This document shows, piece by piece, positions 43,124 to 56,992 of a DNA stretch of 64,000 nt. The position numbers and the translations under genes are program-made. Below the pieces are notes generated by a model that saw only the letters and a program-made list of their open reading frames with translations, did no database searches and was not told the origin of the DNA. Origin of the DNA: the human T2T-CHM13v2.0 reference genome, Homo sapiens; the NCBI RefSeq assembly GCF_009914755.1, contig NC_060926.1; one strand, 5' to 3'. Every line of letters starts with the position of its first letter. The stretch's first letter is position 1.

Positions 43124-43290
43124 TTAAAACTCCTATTCAGAGTGGAAAACCTCAGCTGATGTCTTGATGGTCCAAGATTATATTTATCCAAATATAAGTC
43201 CTAATGTCTAGAGGCTAGAGTTTTGATGGCCCACAAAACTTCAAATCCATACCAAACACAGATGTGTTCTACAAATTTACACTGCTTACC

Positions 43291-43723
43291 TGTTATATTG
43301 GTCAGGGTTCTCCAGAGAAATACAACCAATTGGACAATGAGATGAGGGGAGGGAGGGGTGGGGGTAGAGGGATGGGGAGAGAGATTGATTTTAAGGAATT
43401 AGCTCATGGAATTATCAGGGCTGGCAAATCCACAATCTTCAGGACAAGCCATCAAATTAGAGACCCAGGGAAGAGATAATGTCATAGCTCAAGTCCAAAG
43501 GCAGCCTAGAGACAGAATTCCTTCTTTTCCTTTTCAGGCCTTCAAGTGACTGGATGAGGCTCATCCACATTATGGGTGGTAATCTGCTCTACTCAATGCT
43601 AACTGATTTGAATGTTAATCACACCTTTAAAAAATTGTCTTCACAGCAACACCTAGCTAGGTGTTTGACCAAAAACTGGGTACCATGGCCTAGCCAAGTT
43701 GATGCATAAAATTAGCCCTCACA
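43291..43723 (-). mobile_element. MLT2 (C/D-like) ERVL LTR
   Basis: TCAGGGTTCTCCAGAGAAA...TTTTAAGGAATTAGCTCATG...GGCCTAGCCAAGTTGATGCATAAAATTAGCCCTCACA. Confidence 0.85.
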
Positions 43724-44482
43724 ACCTAGTGTTTGAATCCCAAATCAAAAAATTCTTCTTATATTCTTAATATAAGAATTTGTCCTCAACAGTCTCCCTG
43801 GGGCACATAGAGAAATTCTAGAAGAATAGAAAACTTCTCTACAGAAGATCCTCTCTATCCCAAGGGGAAAAGCAGCTAAAGATGAATTCACAACCAAAAA
43901 TTACAACCCACCTGAGGAAAGGAACCACCATAAAAAAGACTAGAAGATGAATAAGAGGATTTTCACCTCAAGAATTTAAAATAAAATAATCTGTAATAAA
44001 GAACAGAAACCATAAAGTACAAATAGAATATTGTTTCTAAAAAAAGATAAACTTGAAAAAGTAACTTCTAGAGCTTCTGTAAATAAAAGATACAGTCAAA
44101 GCATCGATTAAATAGCAGATTAGACAAAACTGAAGGAGAGGCTCAGTAAACCAAAAACGGATCTTGGAAAATTTTCCAGAATGTAACATTAAACAATTAA
44201 AAGAGAAAAAAAATACAGAGAAAATACAGGACGTAAAGGATAGAATGTGAAGGTCCAACCTACATCTAATATGAATGCTAGAGGGAGAAATTGGAGAGAA
44301 GGAAGGGGAAGAAATATTCAGAGGTAATGGCTGAGAATCCTTACATTAATGAAAAGTGTAGAGCTTCAACTGAAGAAGCTCGTGGAATTCTGAGCAAGAT
44401 AAATGAGTAGAAAATTACACCGAGGCTCATTATAGTGAAACTTCAGAACATGACTGACAGAAAAATTATAAAAGCATCAGGA

Positions 44483-44791
<309 letters not shown>

Positions 44792-45149
44792 TCAGGAATT
44801 AAAGAGAGATATCATTCATAAGAAAAAAATAGCAGACTTAGCATCAGCAAACAGAGACCAATGGAATAATTTTTCTGTGCTGAAGAAAACAACAACTATC
44901 ATTGTAGAATGCCCAGCCAAGGTTAACTATCATTCAAGAGTGGGGATTTTTAAAAAATCACATCTTCAGAAAAAGACAAGAGAATTTATCACTTCTAGAA
45001 GAAAATTGAGCTGAGAGGAAGGAGTAGGGTGGAAGAATCAGTGGTAAGTGAAGAAATGGATAAACATGTGGGTAAATCTAAACAAGAATTGACTGCAAAA
45101 TAGCAATAACAATACTATCGTCTGATTTTTGTGGCATTTAAAGACAAAG

Positions 45150-45522
<373 letters not shown>

Positions 45523-45639
45523 TTAGAATAAGAGCATCCTAAGGATATACAGAGTCTAATTAACTGTAAAATTGTTACAGTAATATGCATGAATTATATA
45601 TACTTATAGCAGCTAACACAGTATATAGTCTCTCTTTAA

Positions 45640-46075
45640 TAGAATCTTGATTTTTCACAGGGCAGCACAGTGCCCAACTAAAAATACACACCTTCCCAGA
45701 TTCCCTTAAGGCTGAGGTAGCAATGTATTGCAGTTCTGGCCAATGAAATAAAAACAGAAGCCTACTGGTCAACTTCCAGAAAGAATGCTTTGCCCTTTAC
45801 CAATTACCCTTTTCTCTTCTTCCTACCTAAAATAAGGACAAAATGCCTGGAGGAGCAACAGACACCCTGAGACCATGAAGACAGGACGAAGTCACACACT
45901 AAGAGTAAGAGAAAAGGATAATTAAATTTTAAAACCCTGGGTGCTTAATGATATCCTTAAAGATGTGTACTAGCTCTGAACTTTTTACTCCAGACTTCTC
46001 GTTGCGAAATAAACCCCTAAATGTTTAATCCACTGTTTTCTATGATGTACAGCCAAGTGTAAACCTAAATTGCAC
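45640..46075 (+). mobile_element. Old ERVL LTR (LTR16/LTR33-like)
   Basis: TTCCCAGATTCCCTT...GTTCTGGCCAATGAAAT...CTCCAGACTTCTCGTT...AAATAAACCCCTAAATGTTTAATCCACTG. Confidence 0.55.
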
Positions 46076-46077
46076 AG

Positions 46078-46890
46078 TGTGATATAGTAAAAATAAGTAT
46101 TTGATCTTTGTTCCTCCTGACACACATCCCCTAAAATCCTTAGCATCTATGGAGTGGTGAGTATCTTTTGTATGTTAATAAGAGCACTGGTAGTTGAGGG
46201 CATGTGGATAGATTCAGGAGTCTTGGTCACCTGAAAGACCAAGGCATGATTAGAGGTTTGAAACTTTCAGCCCCACTCCACCCACAGCCTCCAGGGAGGG
46301 GAGAGGGGCTGAAGGTTGAGTTCAACCACCAATGGCCAATAATTTCATTAATCCTGCCTACATCATTAAACTCCCATTAAAAACTCCTACACGGAGGGGT
46401 TCAGCGAGTTTCAGAGTTGGCAAACACATCCATGTGTTGGGAAGGTGGCAGACCCCGACTTCACATGGACAGAAGTCTTGTGCTTGGGACCCTGCTGTAC
46501 ATTGTCCTATGTGCCTCTTCATCTGGCCATTCATCTGCTCCTCTACACAAAAGAAAACTAACAGTCAGCAAAGTATCTTCCAGAGTTCTGTAAGCCCTTC
46601 CAGACAATTACTGAACCTGAAATGGGAGGGTGGTGGGAACTCACAACTTTGTAGCCATGTCAGACAGAAGTGGTAGTATCTTGGGCACCAAATTTGTAAT
46701 AGGCATCTGAAGTGAAGGGAGGCTTGTGAGACTGAGCCTGTAAACCTGTGGAGTCTGACATTAACTTCAGTCAGTAAGTGTCAGAATTGAACTGAATTGT
46801 AGGACACCCAGCTGGTGCCCAGAGAGTTGGAAACAGTTGTGAGCATGGGGAAAAAAACCACCCATTTGGTGTCAGAAGTGTTGTAAGTAA
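46078..46890. mobile_element. MER21-type LTR
   Basis: TGTGATATA...CCTAAAATCCTTAG...AAGACCAAGGCATGATTAGAGG...GAACTGAATTGTAGGACACCCAGCTGGTG...TTTGGTGTCAGAAGTG. Confidence 0.8.
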
Positions 46891-46899
46891 AAACAGTTT

Positions 46900-47535
46900 A
46901 AAATTGGTAGCATTCAAAGAATGTTAAAAAATTTAAGGATAACCTCTCAAAGGAGAGAATTCAAATGTATGTAACTGTTAAAACAGTAGGAGAAAAAAAA
47001 CAGAAAATTGTCAATATACTAACAGAAAGAAAAAAGGAAACAAAAGAAGCTAAGAGATTAAAACAAAAACATAAAGATATCAATATACACCAGTCATAAC
47101 TGTGTTCTAATAATAAATGTAGTAAATGTAAAGAATTAAAATTACTTGTTAAAAGAAACACTAAGATCAAATAAGAAATCCGGCCTTTTGTTTTTTCTAG
47201 TAAACACACTTAAAATATAATAACACAGAATTATTGAAATGAAATCAGAAGAAATATACCAAGTGATCATTATCCAAAAAAAATGATAGTAAGTAAAGTA
47301 TCTCCCAAAGTTCTGTGAGCCTTTCTAGCCAATTATTCAACCTGAAATGGGAGGGTGGTAGGAACCCACAACTTTGAAGCCAAGCAGTGAAACAATATTA
47401 AAGTCAGAAAAAATAAAGAAAACAATTACAAAATGATAAAAAGAATTCTCCAGAAAAATAAAACAACCCTAAACATGAATATACCTAATAACATAGCCAA
47501 AAATAAAACAAAAGAAAAACTAACAGATTTGCCAC
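46900..47535 (+). mobile_element. Old L1 ORF2 (endonuclease region) remnant
   Basis: AATAAATGTA...; ACCCTAAACATGAATATACCTAATAACATAGCC...AAAACTAACAGA resembles the L1 EN motif I.N.YAPN. Confidence 0.6.
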
Positions 47536-49582
47536 CATGGTGAGGGATTTCCAGGCGGAAGGGAACAGGCTTATTGTCCTGGGTAGATGTGAAAGTAGGC
47601 TGAGACAAGTGAGTGGAAGTTATGAAGGGGAAGGACTTTGACTACATCTATGGAGGGACTTCTATAACTTTCAGAGCTGTCCAAATTGAAATTGGCTGCC
47701 TTGGGAGGGAGGGAGAACTCCAAAAACATGGTTTTCTAAGTACAATCTGTATGGCTACTTAATGAGACTATTGTCCAAATATTCAGATATTAGACACTTA
47801 GCCCCATGAGGGCAGGAACCATGACTGCTTTGTCCACCACTATGTACCTGGTGTCTGAAGCAGAGACTGGCACAGAACAGGTGTTCTTAAGTGTCCACTG
47901 TATGAATTTACTATCCAGACAAGAAAATGGAGAAAACCACCTCTAGAGTGGCTTCTAATTCAGAGATTCAGTGATTCTTATCTACCCATTCCTCTGCTAT
48001 TTGTCCTCATTCCAGTCTGAGGCCCAGGGTCACCACAAACCCGGGAGACATGAGGCCAGGCCTGAGAGGCACAGGCAGGCTGAGGAATGGACAGAAGAGC
48101 AACAGAGAAGCCTGGAGGATGAAAGCCAACTCTGCAAAGAGCTTCCAAGAGTCTTCCTGCCACAGAAATTCCACTTGGCCACAGAAATGGCCCTGGCCCT
48201 GGGCCAGGAGAGAGGTGGCGACGAGCTGCTCATGGCAATGACTTTCAGTCAGCATGTCTTACCTGTGCTTCCAAGGGTGGAGATGCCACTTTGAGTAGGT
48301 CACTGGGTCAGGCAGGTCACAAACCAAGCTCCTCCTACACAGTGAGTTCACGGAGACAGAGAGAAGGAAGGGAAGGAGGTTCTCAGCTCTACTGATTCCT
48401 TAGGTCAAGGAGGGACAGGGTCCCTGTACTTGGGGACCCTCCAGTCTGATGGGAAGATACAAGGCAACCCTCTTAGAGCCGTAGAATGAATGCCACGTAT
48501 AGCTCCTCCCTTCAGGAAGGAAATCCAGTCTGATGGAAGAGACATGGCCCCTGTTGTATCATTCTTGCCTTCTTACCCATGTCACACAAGGGAGTGAAGG
48601 AGGTGGCAGGCCCAGGGATAGGTCCATTTCTGTGGTGAATGGAGGCTTTCAGGGGACATTCCCACAGCCCTGCTGTCAAGGGCCCCTTCCCCTTCCTCCC
48701 TCCCCGCCACGATGCCTTACCCACTGGAATGAATCCTGAGCTCTGAGCCTATTCCTAACACATGAATGCTGACCCCTTTGTCACGTCCCACTTTCCCTCC
48801 AACTCTGTTTTTTGTTCTTTTTCCCACCCAGACTCGCCCTCCCCCACTTGCCATTTCCCAAGCTCATCCCGGGGAGACCAGACTCAATGGCCCACTGGTG
48901 ATCTTGTTTTACATGAGACATTTCCAAAAAAGACCAAAAAATCCTTTCCAGGAAAATGCCATTTTTAAAATTCAGCTCCAGACACTGCGGCAACATTAGG
49001 AAAACAAAGGACTTGGCAGAAAGGTTTTCTGCGTGGGGACTTTCTCTCGAAAATACCTTCTCCAAATTGCCTCCAGTGGGGATGACTCCAAGGGTCAGTT
49101 CTGGAGCACCCAGGCAATTGCAGACAGAGTGACTTCGGGTTTGTACACTGTCCCAGGTCTTTCCTTACCTGATATCACCCTGGGATCTTCCAGGCTTAAA
49201 CAAGGAGCCCCTTCCAAGGGTCCCCAAAGGAAGCAGCTGTCTCTGAGGGTCAAGAAATAATGCTGCTTCCTTCCTCCAGAGGGGACTCCTCAACCCCTCT
49301 CTTGCCACCATCACTAAGCCAGGGGCCCAGGTTAGGAGGTGGAGGGACATAGTGTGCTTAGTAGAGAGCTTGTCTTCTCTTATCATCCAAGTGAGAGGAA
49401 TACACAGCTTCCCCTGGGGCATACATAGTGGTGTTCCCCTTTTTTGCATGTATCAGGTATAATTAATCAGGTTGACATCACATATGTAATAATAATGGCC
49501 ATTATTTATTAAACACTTCCAATGTGTCCACAAGTAACCTGTTCTTTATGTTTGTTTTACCTCATTTAATCCTGGTAACGAT

Positions 49583-49984
49583 TGTCATGGGCTGAATTGT
49601 ATCTACCCACTCCCCACCACTCAACAAGACTCGTACGTTGAAGTCCTAACCCCCAGTACCTCTGAATGACTGTGTTTGGAGACACATCCTTAAAACAGGT
49701 AATTAAGTTAAAGTGAATCATAATTAGGGTGGGCCCTAATCCAATAGGATTGGTGACCTTACAGAAGAGGAAATGTGAACATTGTTAGGCACATGCTGGG
49801 AGACAAGGACATAGCGAGAAGGCAGCCATCCGCAAGCCAAGGAGAGGGGCCTCGGAAGAAACCAAACTTACCGGTACCTTGATACTGGACTTCCGGCCTC
49901 CAGAACTATGAGAAAATTAATTTCTGTTGTTTAAGCCATCCAGTCCATAGTATCTTGTTATGGCAGCCTTAGCAAACTAATACA
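49583..49984 (+). mobile_element. MLT1A/B MaLR LTR inserted in a MIR
   Basis: TGTCATGGGCTGAATTG...GTTGAAGTCCTAACCCCCAGTACCTC...GCAGCCTTAGCAAACTAATACA. Confidence 0.9.
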
Positions 49985-50169
49985 ACACCCATACAATCAA
50001 TCTTACCATCTTACCATTTTACAGAGGACAAAACAGTCTCGAGAGGGTATATAACTTTCCCAGCAAGCATATAGCAGAGCTGAAAATGCATAATCAACTG
50101 CGTGACTCTGGAACACAAGCTCTTAGAACTGGATCCTGCTGCTTCTCCTCTGTGCTCTACTATGCAAGT

Positions 50170-50650
50170 TCATGATCCATTTACTTATTGCTACAAAATA
50201 AACCATCCACAACTTATTGGCTGAAAACAACAACTTTTATTTTGCTCATGAATCAGCAATTTAGGCAGGGCTTGTTGAGAACAGCTCATCCCTGCTCCAC
50301 TTGGTATCAGCTGGGACAACTTCAAGGATGATCTGACAATTGATGCTGGCTGTTAGCTGGGACCTTAGGTGGGGCTGCTGGTCCAAAATTTCATGTGGAC
50401 TCTCTATGTAGCCTGAGCTTTCTCCTAACATAACAACTGGTTTCAAAGGCAAGCATCCCGGGAGACAGAGCCAGGCAGAAGCTTCTCTAAACAGCCTTAG
50501 CAGACACACAGCATCACTTTCGCCACATTCTCTTCCTTTGAAGCAAGTCACTGAGGCTGGTCCATGTTCAAGGGGAGAGGAATTCAATGCCACCTCTCAG
50601 TGGGAGGAACATCAAGGAATTTGCAGACATGTTTCAAAACCATTACAATG
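50170..50650 (-). mobile_element. MLT1-type LTR (F/E-like)
   Basis: TTGCTAC...AAAACAACAAC...GCTCATGAATC...GCAGGGC...CACAGCATCACTTTCGCCACATTCT. Confidence 0.7.
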
Positions 50651-52794
50651 CATGTGCCATTGACATGCCTGAACATATTTTATGTCAAGTGTTTATTTAC
50701 CACCAGCACAGTATCATCGAAAGGACATCAGACTGGAAGTCCAAAGTCCTGAACAAGAGCCTGTCAGCTGTGTGGGGCTGGGATTTCAACACCCATCTAT
50801 GAAAAAACCAGTACCTGCTTGTCCACTCAGTTCAGCCACCCTCTATATGGAAATGAGGTCACTTAACCCCATTCCAGTCTCTAAAACCAATACTAATCCC
50901 AGTCAGAAGGTTAGTTAGAATGCTGCTCCTGGGGCACTTTATTTGACTCTCAGTTATGATAGCCTGGGTTCTCCCTGTCTCTGTGCCTGAGCCTGTCTTA
51001 GAAACGTAGCAGTCTATGTGTGGAGCACATCCTCAGGACTAGGCACTGTCACTGGTGCTTTATGTTTGCTATCTCATTCAGCTATTTCAACCCTATGAAG
51101 GAGGTTTCTTTATGCCCATTTTACAAATGAAGAAACTGAAATTCAGGGCAGGTAAGTCATTTGCCCAAAAGTTAGTAAAGGGCAGAGCCAGAACTATGAG
51201 TTGTGCTGTGGCCAGCTCTGTCTCCTCCAGGATCTGCTGTCCTGCCCCTGGACTGCCTGCCAGGACATCTGATGGCTTCTGGGTTGTCTGTACCTCTGCT
51301 CCTCTTGCCTTTTAGGGCCTCACCATACTTCTTGTTGAACCTTATCCCTGTCTCCTTCATGAACGACTCACTGGACTTCTACCATCCTGCATTCATCCTC
51401 CTGATCTAACTCCATATCCCAGCCCTCTGCATCTGCCCCAGCCTATCGTGCCCAACTGCACAGTGTCCTGGCATGGCTAGAGAGCAAGATCAAGCAAGAG
51501 AGCATCACCAGTGAAAAAACAAAAGCTCTGGAGTCAGACCGATCTAGATCCAAATGGTGGAGTGAGCTCCACCGTTTATTATTTGTGTATAAAAATAATG
51601 ACACCCATGTTGCCTCGTTGTGAGGATTCTCGGTGAGTTAATACAAGTATAGGGCTTGGCATAGTGCCTGGCACCTAGCAAATGCTTAGTAAATATTAGT
51701 TATCTTTGCTGTTATTATCAATAATACTTGTAAAAGATCCACTAGAGAGCCTAGCATATGGTAGGCATTCAAAAAATGATAGCTGTTAATCTCATTGTTT
51801 AAGTCCTGGAAAAGCTACAGGAATTCAGAGAAGAGCCAGATAACAAGGTAGCAGAGACAGAAAACAGGCTGCCCAAGTAACTGCGCAGATCTGCAGATCT
51901 GTCTAATCCTAGAGCTTGGGTATGACTGGCCTTGATTAAGTGGAAACGCCTCCCTACAGAACTCCCATCTTCATCTGCCTCGATTAGGAGATGACAAGAG
52001 CTTCCTGAGCTTGGAAGCCCCTGGGAAGAGGAATTTCAAGAAGGAAAATCAGAAACACCCTGTCTGTGCTACGACTGCCCAGGATCCTCTGCTGTGGCAA
52101 CATATATCACTGGCCACCCCACTGTGCCGTGTTCATCTAGTTGTCCTATATAGGTCTGTGGTTTCACAGGCTTCATCTGAGCCTGCAAGTTCTCAGAAAG
52201 TGGGTGAATGTGGTCAGAGTATGTTTCAGCCTCCCAGCCTCAAACCCACTCCAGGTTGAGATGTCAACAAAAACAGCAAGCAGGTGGGTAGAAAGCAACC
52301 ATCAGATTTATAAAAGAGCTGTCAGATAACCACACACAGGCACTCACACTTGTGAGCATTTGAGAGCTGTGGTGCTGGTGCCCTCTTTTACCTTATTTTT
52401 CCTGCTGCTACCCTCCCAGGATCCTCACAACTAGATCCACCGATGCTCACAGCTCCTGAGTCAATGCTAACCAAGCTGGAGAGTATGTAAAGTTTGAGCA
52501 GATACAACGGCTTGGAATAATGTCACCAGCTCAGTTACAACTACTTGGCTCCTGTGTTCCTCCTGATTTTCCTTCAAGCCAGATGATCAATGAGGTGACA
52601 GGTATTTCCCCCAGACCACTCTCATTTCCCTTTTCCAATCATACATGGATCTGGTGCCCTCAGGGATGACCTCTAAGAACCCACATTCCTGCACCACGTT
52701 GCCTCTGAGCCTGAGCTCTCCTCTCCCCTCTCCTGGGCCCATTGTGATACAATCAGGCTCTTCTGTCCCTAATTTTGCCTAGGACCCAGTTCTT

Positions 52795-53270
52795 CTCTGT
52801 ATAAGTCAGACATTGCTGTGATAATACTATGTAATAAACCATCCCATAATCTTAGTGGCTTACAAAAACAAACATTTATTTTCCTCACTCACAATCTGTG
52901 GGTTGGATAGAAGGGCTGTGATTCAGGTGGTGAGTTGGGTACAGATCAGTTCCATATCTCTCTCCTGGAACCAGCAGCTACCTGGGATAGGCTCTTCTCA
53001 TTACATATGGAAGCAGCACACAAAGGGGCTAGTGGAAGCCTCCCATGACTCTTAAGGCCTCAATTCAGAACTGTCTCGTTGTCACGTCCATCCATATTTC
53101 CATTAGCCAAAGCAAGGTAACTGGCCAAGCCCACAGCTGACAGCATGGGAATATAGGCTCTACCTCCTCTAGTAGGGTGCATGTAAAGCCATATGGCAAA
53201 GGGCATGGGTATATAATTCTATTGCAGGGAGGGAGTGGAGAATTGGAAATAATCATTCAGTCTCCAACAT
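52795..53270 (-). mobile_element. MLT1-type LTR (H/J-like)
   Basis: CTTAGTGGCTTACAAAAACAAACATTTATTTTCCTCACTC...CCATTAGCCAAAGCAAG. Confidence 0.7.
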
Positions 53271-53882
53271 TTCTTAATCTAGAACTCAGTTACAAGCTCA
53301 CCTGAGGGAATATACATCTTTTACTTGCCTGCTGGGCCTTCTACCCCTGATCCCAGCCCACTGGCCTAGGATGTGACTCTGAGTGAAGAAGTGTCTCACA
53401 TGGAGACCCCGCCCACTTGGCTGCCAGTCCTTGGCTGTCACCAGCATCATTTACTCTGATCCACCCACCTGACTGTTCCTCTGGAATTCTTGAAGAAGCC
53501 TACCAGCCTAATTGGCTCCTCAGCCCTTATCTATACTGGCCTCAGGAGGGGCTAGAACCAAGAACTCAAAAACTGGAAAAACATTGGGGAACCAAGCAGT
53601 TTCTCCCACTCTCTCACTCTGCACTTCTGCTTCCTTCTCGCTGTGGGCATCAGCTTTCTCTGCTCCTCAATGGATGGTGGAATAGGGCCTGCTCTAGGCC
53701 TGGAGCCACTTTTGGCACCATCACCAGGATAAAGAGAATTCCAGTGTCCCATTTCCAGAGTCCCAGAGAAAGACCCCGGTCAACCATGGCTGGTATCATG
53801 ACATAGAAACATGGTTGCCTACCCCTCTAGATGGAGGAGAAGAGAAGTGTGAGCTGTCAGACAGTAAGAAAAGCATGGAAAC

Positions 53883-56411
53883 CAGAGGTTTCAGGCTGTA
53901 GTCTTCTGAGCTGACTCTGGCCAGAGATGTGTTTTGTTTGGCCCAAGGGATTTTTTTAATGTTTTCAATTACTTGACAAAAGTTAGAAATTGAGAGTTCA
54001 CATATGAATCCAAATACTTTTTTCTTAAAAAAACTGAAAGGTCTCAATTGGAAAGGAGTGTGAGGGGCCTTATGGGTCCTGATGCTGTTCTGTTCCTCAA
54101 TCTATGATCTATTCATGGAAAATTTATCAAGCCATATACTTAAAATAGATCCACTTTTCTATTTGTATATTACACCTTCTTTAAGTTTTAAGAATTTAGA
54201 AGGTCTATAATGAAATCACATTCCAGCAAGGAATAAGTCCTCTGGAGCTGAGTAGTTTTCCATACCACCATACCCCTCACTACTCCCCATTCTCTTCCTA
54301 TCACTGAGGCCGAGGGTCAGTAGTCACTCATCATCGTCCTAGACTATGATTTTCTTATAACAGAGTTGGGAAGAAAGTAACTTTTATATGGACATTCATA
54401 CATATATATCCATAACTCAAGCAAAAGGACAGACACAAAAGAGCATCATAGAGAGCTATGTGTTTGCATGTTTGCAAAAAAAAAAAAAAAAAAAAAAAAA
54501 AACGGAAAATAGCTTTTTATTTTTGGAGAAGTTAAAATCATTCTTCCAAGTTTGACATGCAAATGAAATGTGTCAGTATCAAAAGAATTCAAACAAAAAA
54601 GCTGTGAGGCTGGTAGGGAAACTTAACGATCTAAAAGAAAGTACTGATGTTTTAACATGTTTTATTTTTCAAAGCAAATAAAACAAATGACACAACTGTG
54701 AAATGAAGTTATGGAGAAGGAGAAAATATTGCTCATGCATTGAAACCTTTTATTAATGGTGAGTTTACAAAAGAGAATCTACTGAGGATAGAGAAATTCA
54801 TACCTTGAACAAAAACAAGTATTTGCAAATGGAAGACTAAACAGAAACGCTGGTTGCTCAACAAGATGACGACATGGCTGAGAACTTACAGGACAGGTTG
54901 TGTGAAAAAGTTAAATCATTTGTGGCATTTCCTAGTGAAGCTTATGAGAGCCCAGTTAAAATAATACCACCCAGTCAGCTATATTTATTTATGGTTCCAA
55001 AGAGACTTCAATGTGATTGGAGAACTTTTGGTCATGGTGTCCATCACAGGCACAATTTCAGGAAATTACTTAGCTTTGTGTGTTGAGAAGCCTTGAAAAA
55101 CTTAAAGCAGACAGGTCAAAATTAGTAAGCCTGGCTACAAAACAGAGCTCCTGAAATGATCAGCATTAACACTGACCTTGTTATGAATCTTAAATCTAAG
55201 GTGGCCAATTTTGCACAATTAGGGAAACTAAATAATTCACCAGGAATTGCCTTGTGCTAAAAAGTTAAAATAGAACACATATCATGGGCCTAGTGAATGG
55301 GACTTACTCCCATGGCTAAAAGCATAAAGAGTTCAGTGCTTTGCCTGATAAAGTGGATATGCAGTAGTCATAACACTCGTCTGTTCTAATAAATAAAGGG
55401 TAGTTAGTGTGTAATGTCGGGGTCTTTCATGGGTGGGAGGGGAGGAACAGCTGAAAAGTTATTAACTTGTTCATATCATCCAACAAAAATACCCCAGCTC
55501 ACCAGCAAAGATTGGATCAAAGTATATGCCTTTTCAGTAAATATCACAAGCCATCTAACCCTTTTGGGTATCTCTTTAAGAATTATCACAAATATGCAAA
55601 TGGCTATTCAGTTTTCTCATTCTTAGTGAAATTATATCTTAGGGAAACTCATTTGGCAAAGAATCATCTGGCTTATTTTCCTATGCTGAAATCAGTTTTC
55701 CAAAATGAAAGAGGTCTCTTCAACTGCTCTCTAAAAATTCTGGAGCTGAAGACAGGATGAGATTCCAAAAAAGTTGCTAGTTTTATGAAAATGATCTTTC
55801 TCAATATTGTGCCACAAATGCAATTTTTTGAACTCACCTTTCTCAGTATTGTAATATAAATGGAATTTTTTGAACCACAATTCATTCCCTAAAACTAAAT
55901 TTTGCAACATTAGAATGCCAGAATTCTACAAATATCTCAGGAGTGGTTACCCTAAATATAAAAACCATCATACAAATATTCTATCAATGCTCAGCCATGA
56001 ACAGCTGTTTTCCATTATGAAACTAAATAAAACGATTGCTCTCAGTTAAAAGATTCAAGGTTGAATTCTATACAGCACATCACAACATGAAATGCAAGAC
56101 TCAACATTGACATGTTGGGGTAAAAGAAAAAGTGTCACATTTCTGGTTGTAAAGCAAAGAAGTAATGAGGTATGAAAGAAAAAAATTAATAATTACATAT
56201 TTCTTTTTTTAATGTTACATTTTTCAATTTCAAACTTCATATATAATCTCCAATATCACACGTTTATATTATATTATGTACTTATGCCCTAGTCAAGTAA
56301 AAATGAAAGTTTGATTACATTTCTGGCTGTTGATTTTTCTTAAACCCAGTCCACTTTACTCATTTTTGTTGCCATTCTGAATTCTGTAAGAATCTGAGTT
56401 TACAACCTCTG
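53883..56411 (+). mobile_element. Near full-length Charlie8-like hAT transposon with decayed transposase
   Basis: Inverted termini CAGAGGTT...AACCTCTG; imperfect 8-bp TSD ATGGAAAC/GTGTACAC. 54874-54996 reads MAENLQDRLCEKVKSFVAF and, after a frameshift, NNTTQSAIFIYG, resembling the Charlie8-derived region of GTF2IRD2. Confidence 0.75.
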
Positions 56412-56576
56412 GTGTACACTCTACATGTATGTTATTTTCTAGGAAAAAAATTCTCATTGAAAAATAACACATGCTCAGTTGCTCAATGATGAAAACAGAA
56501 AATCTAGAATAGAAAGAGAAGACTGTCTTACCATATGAGAGTGTTTATCCAAAAAATTCATTTATAGAATATATAA

Positions 56577-56992
<416 letters not shown>

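Noticed and set aside
51556-51573. Hairpin GGTGGAG-TGAG-CTCCACC
   Set aside because: A 7-bp stem in a MIR fragment is expected by chance and is too short for a pre-miRNA.
54874-55086. ORF with transposase similarity as a domesticated gene
   Set aside because: Similarity switches frame after about 20 codons and the surrounding sequence has stops; it is a fossil.
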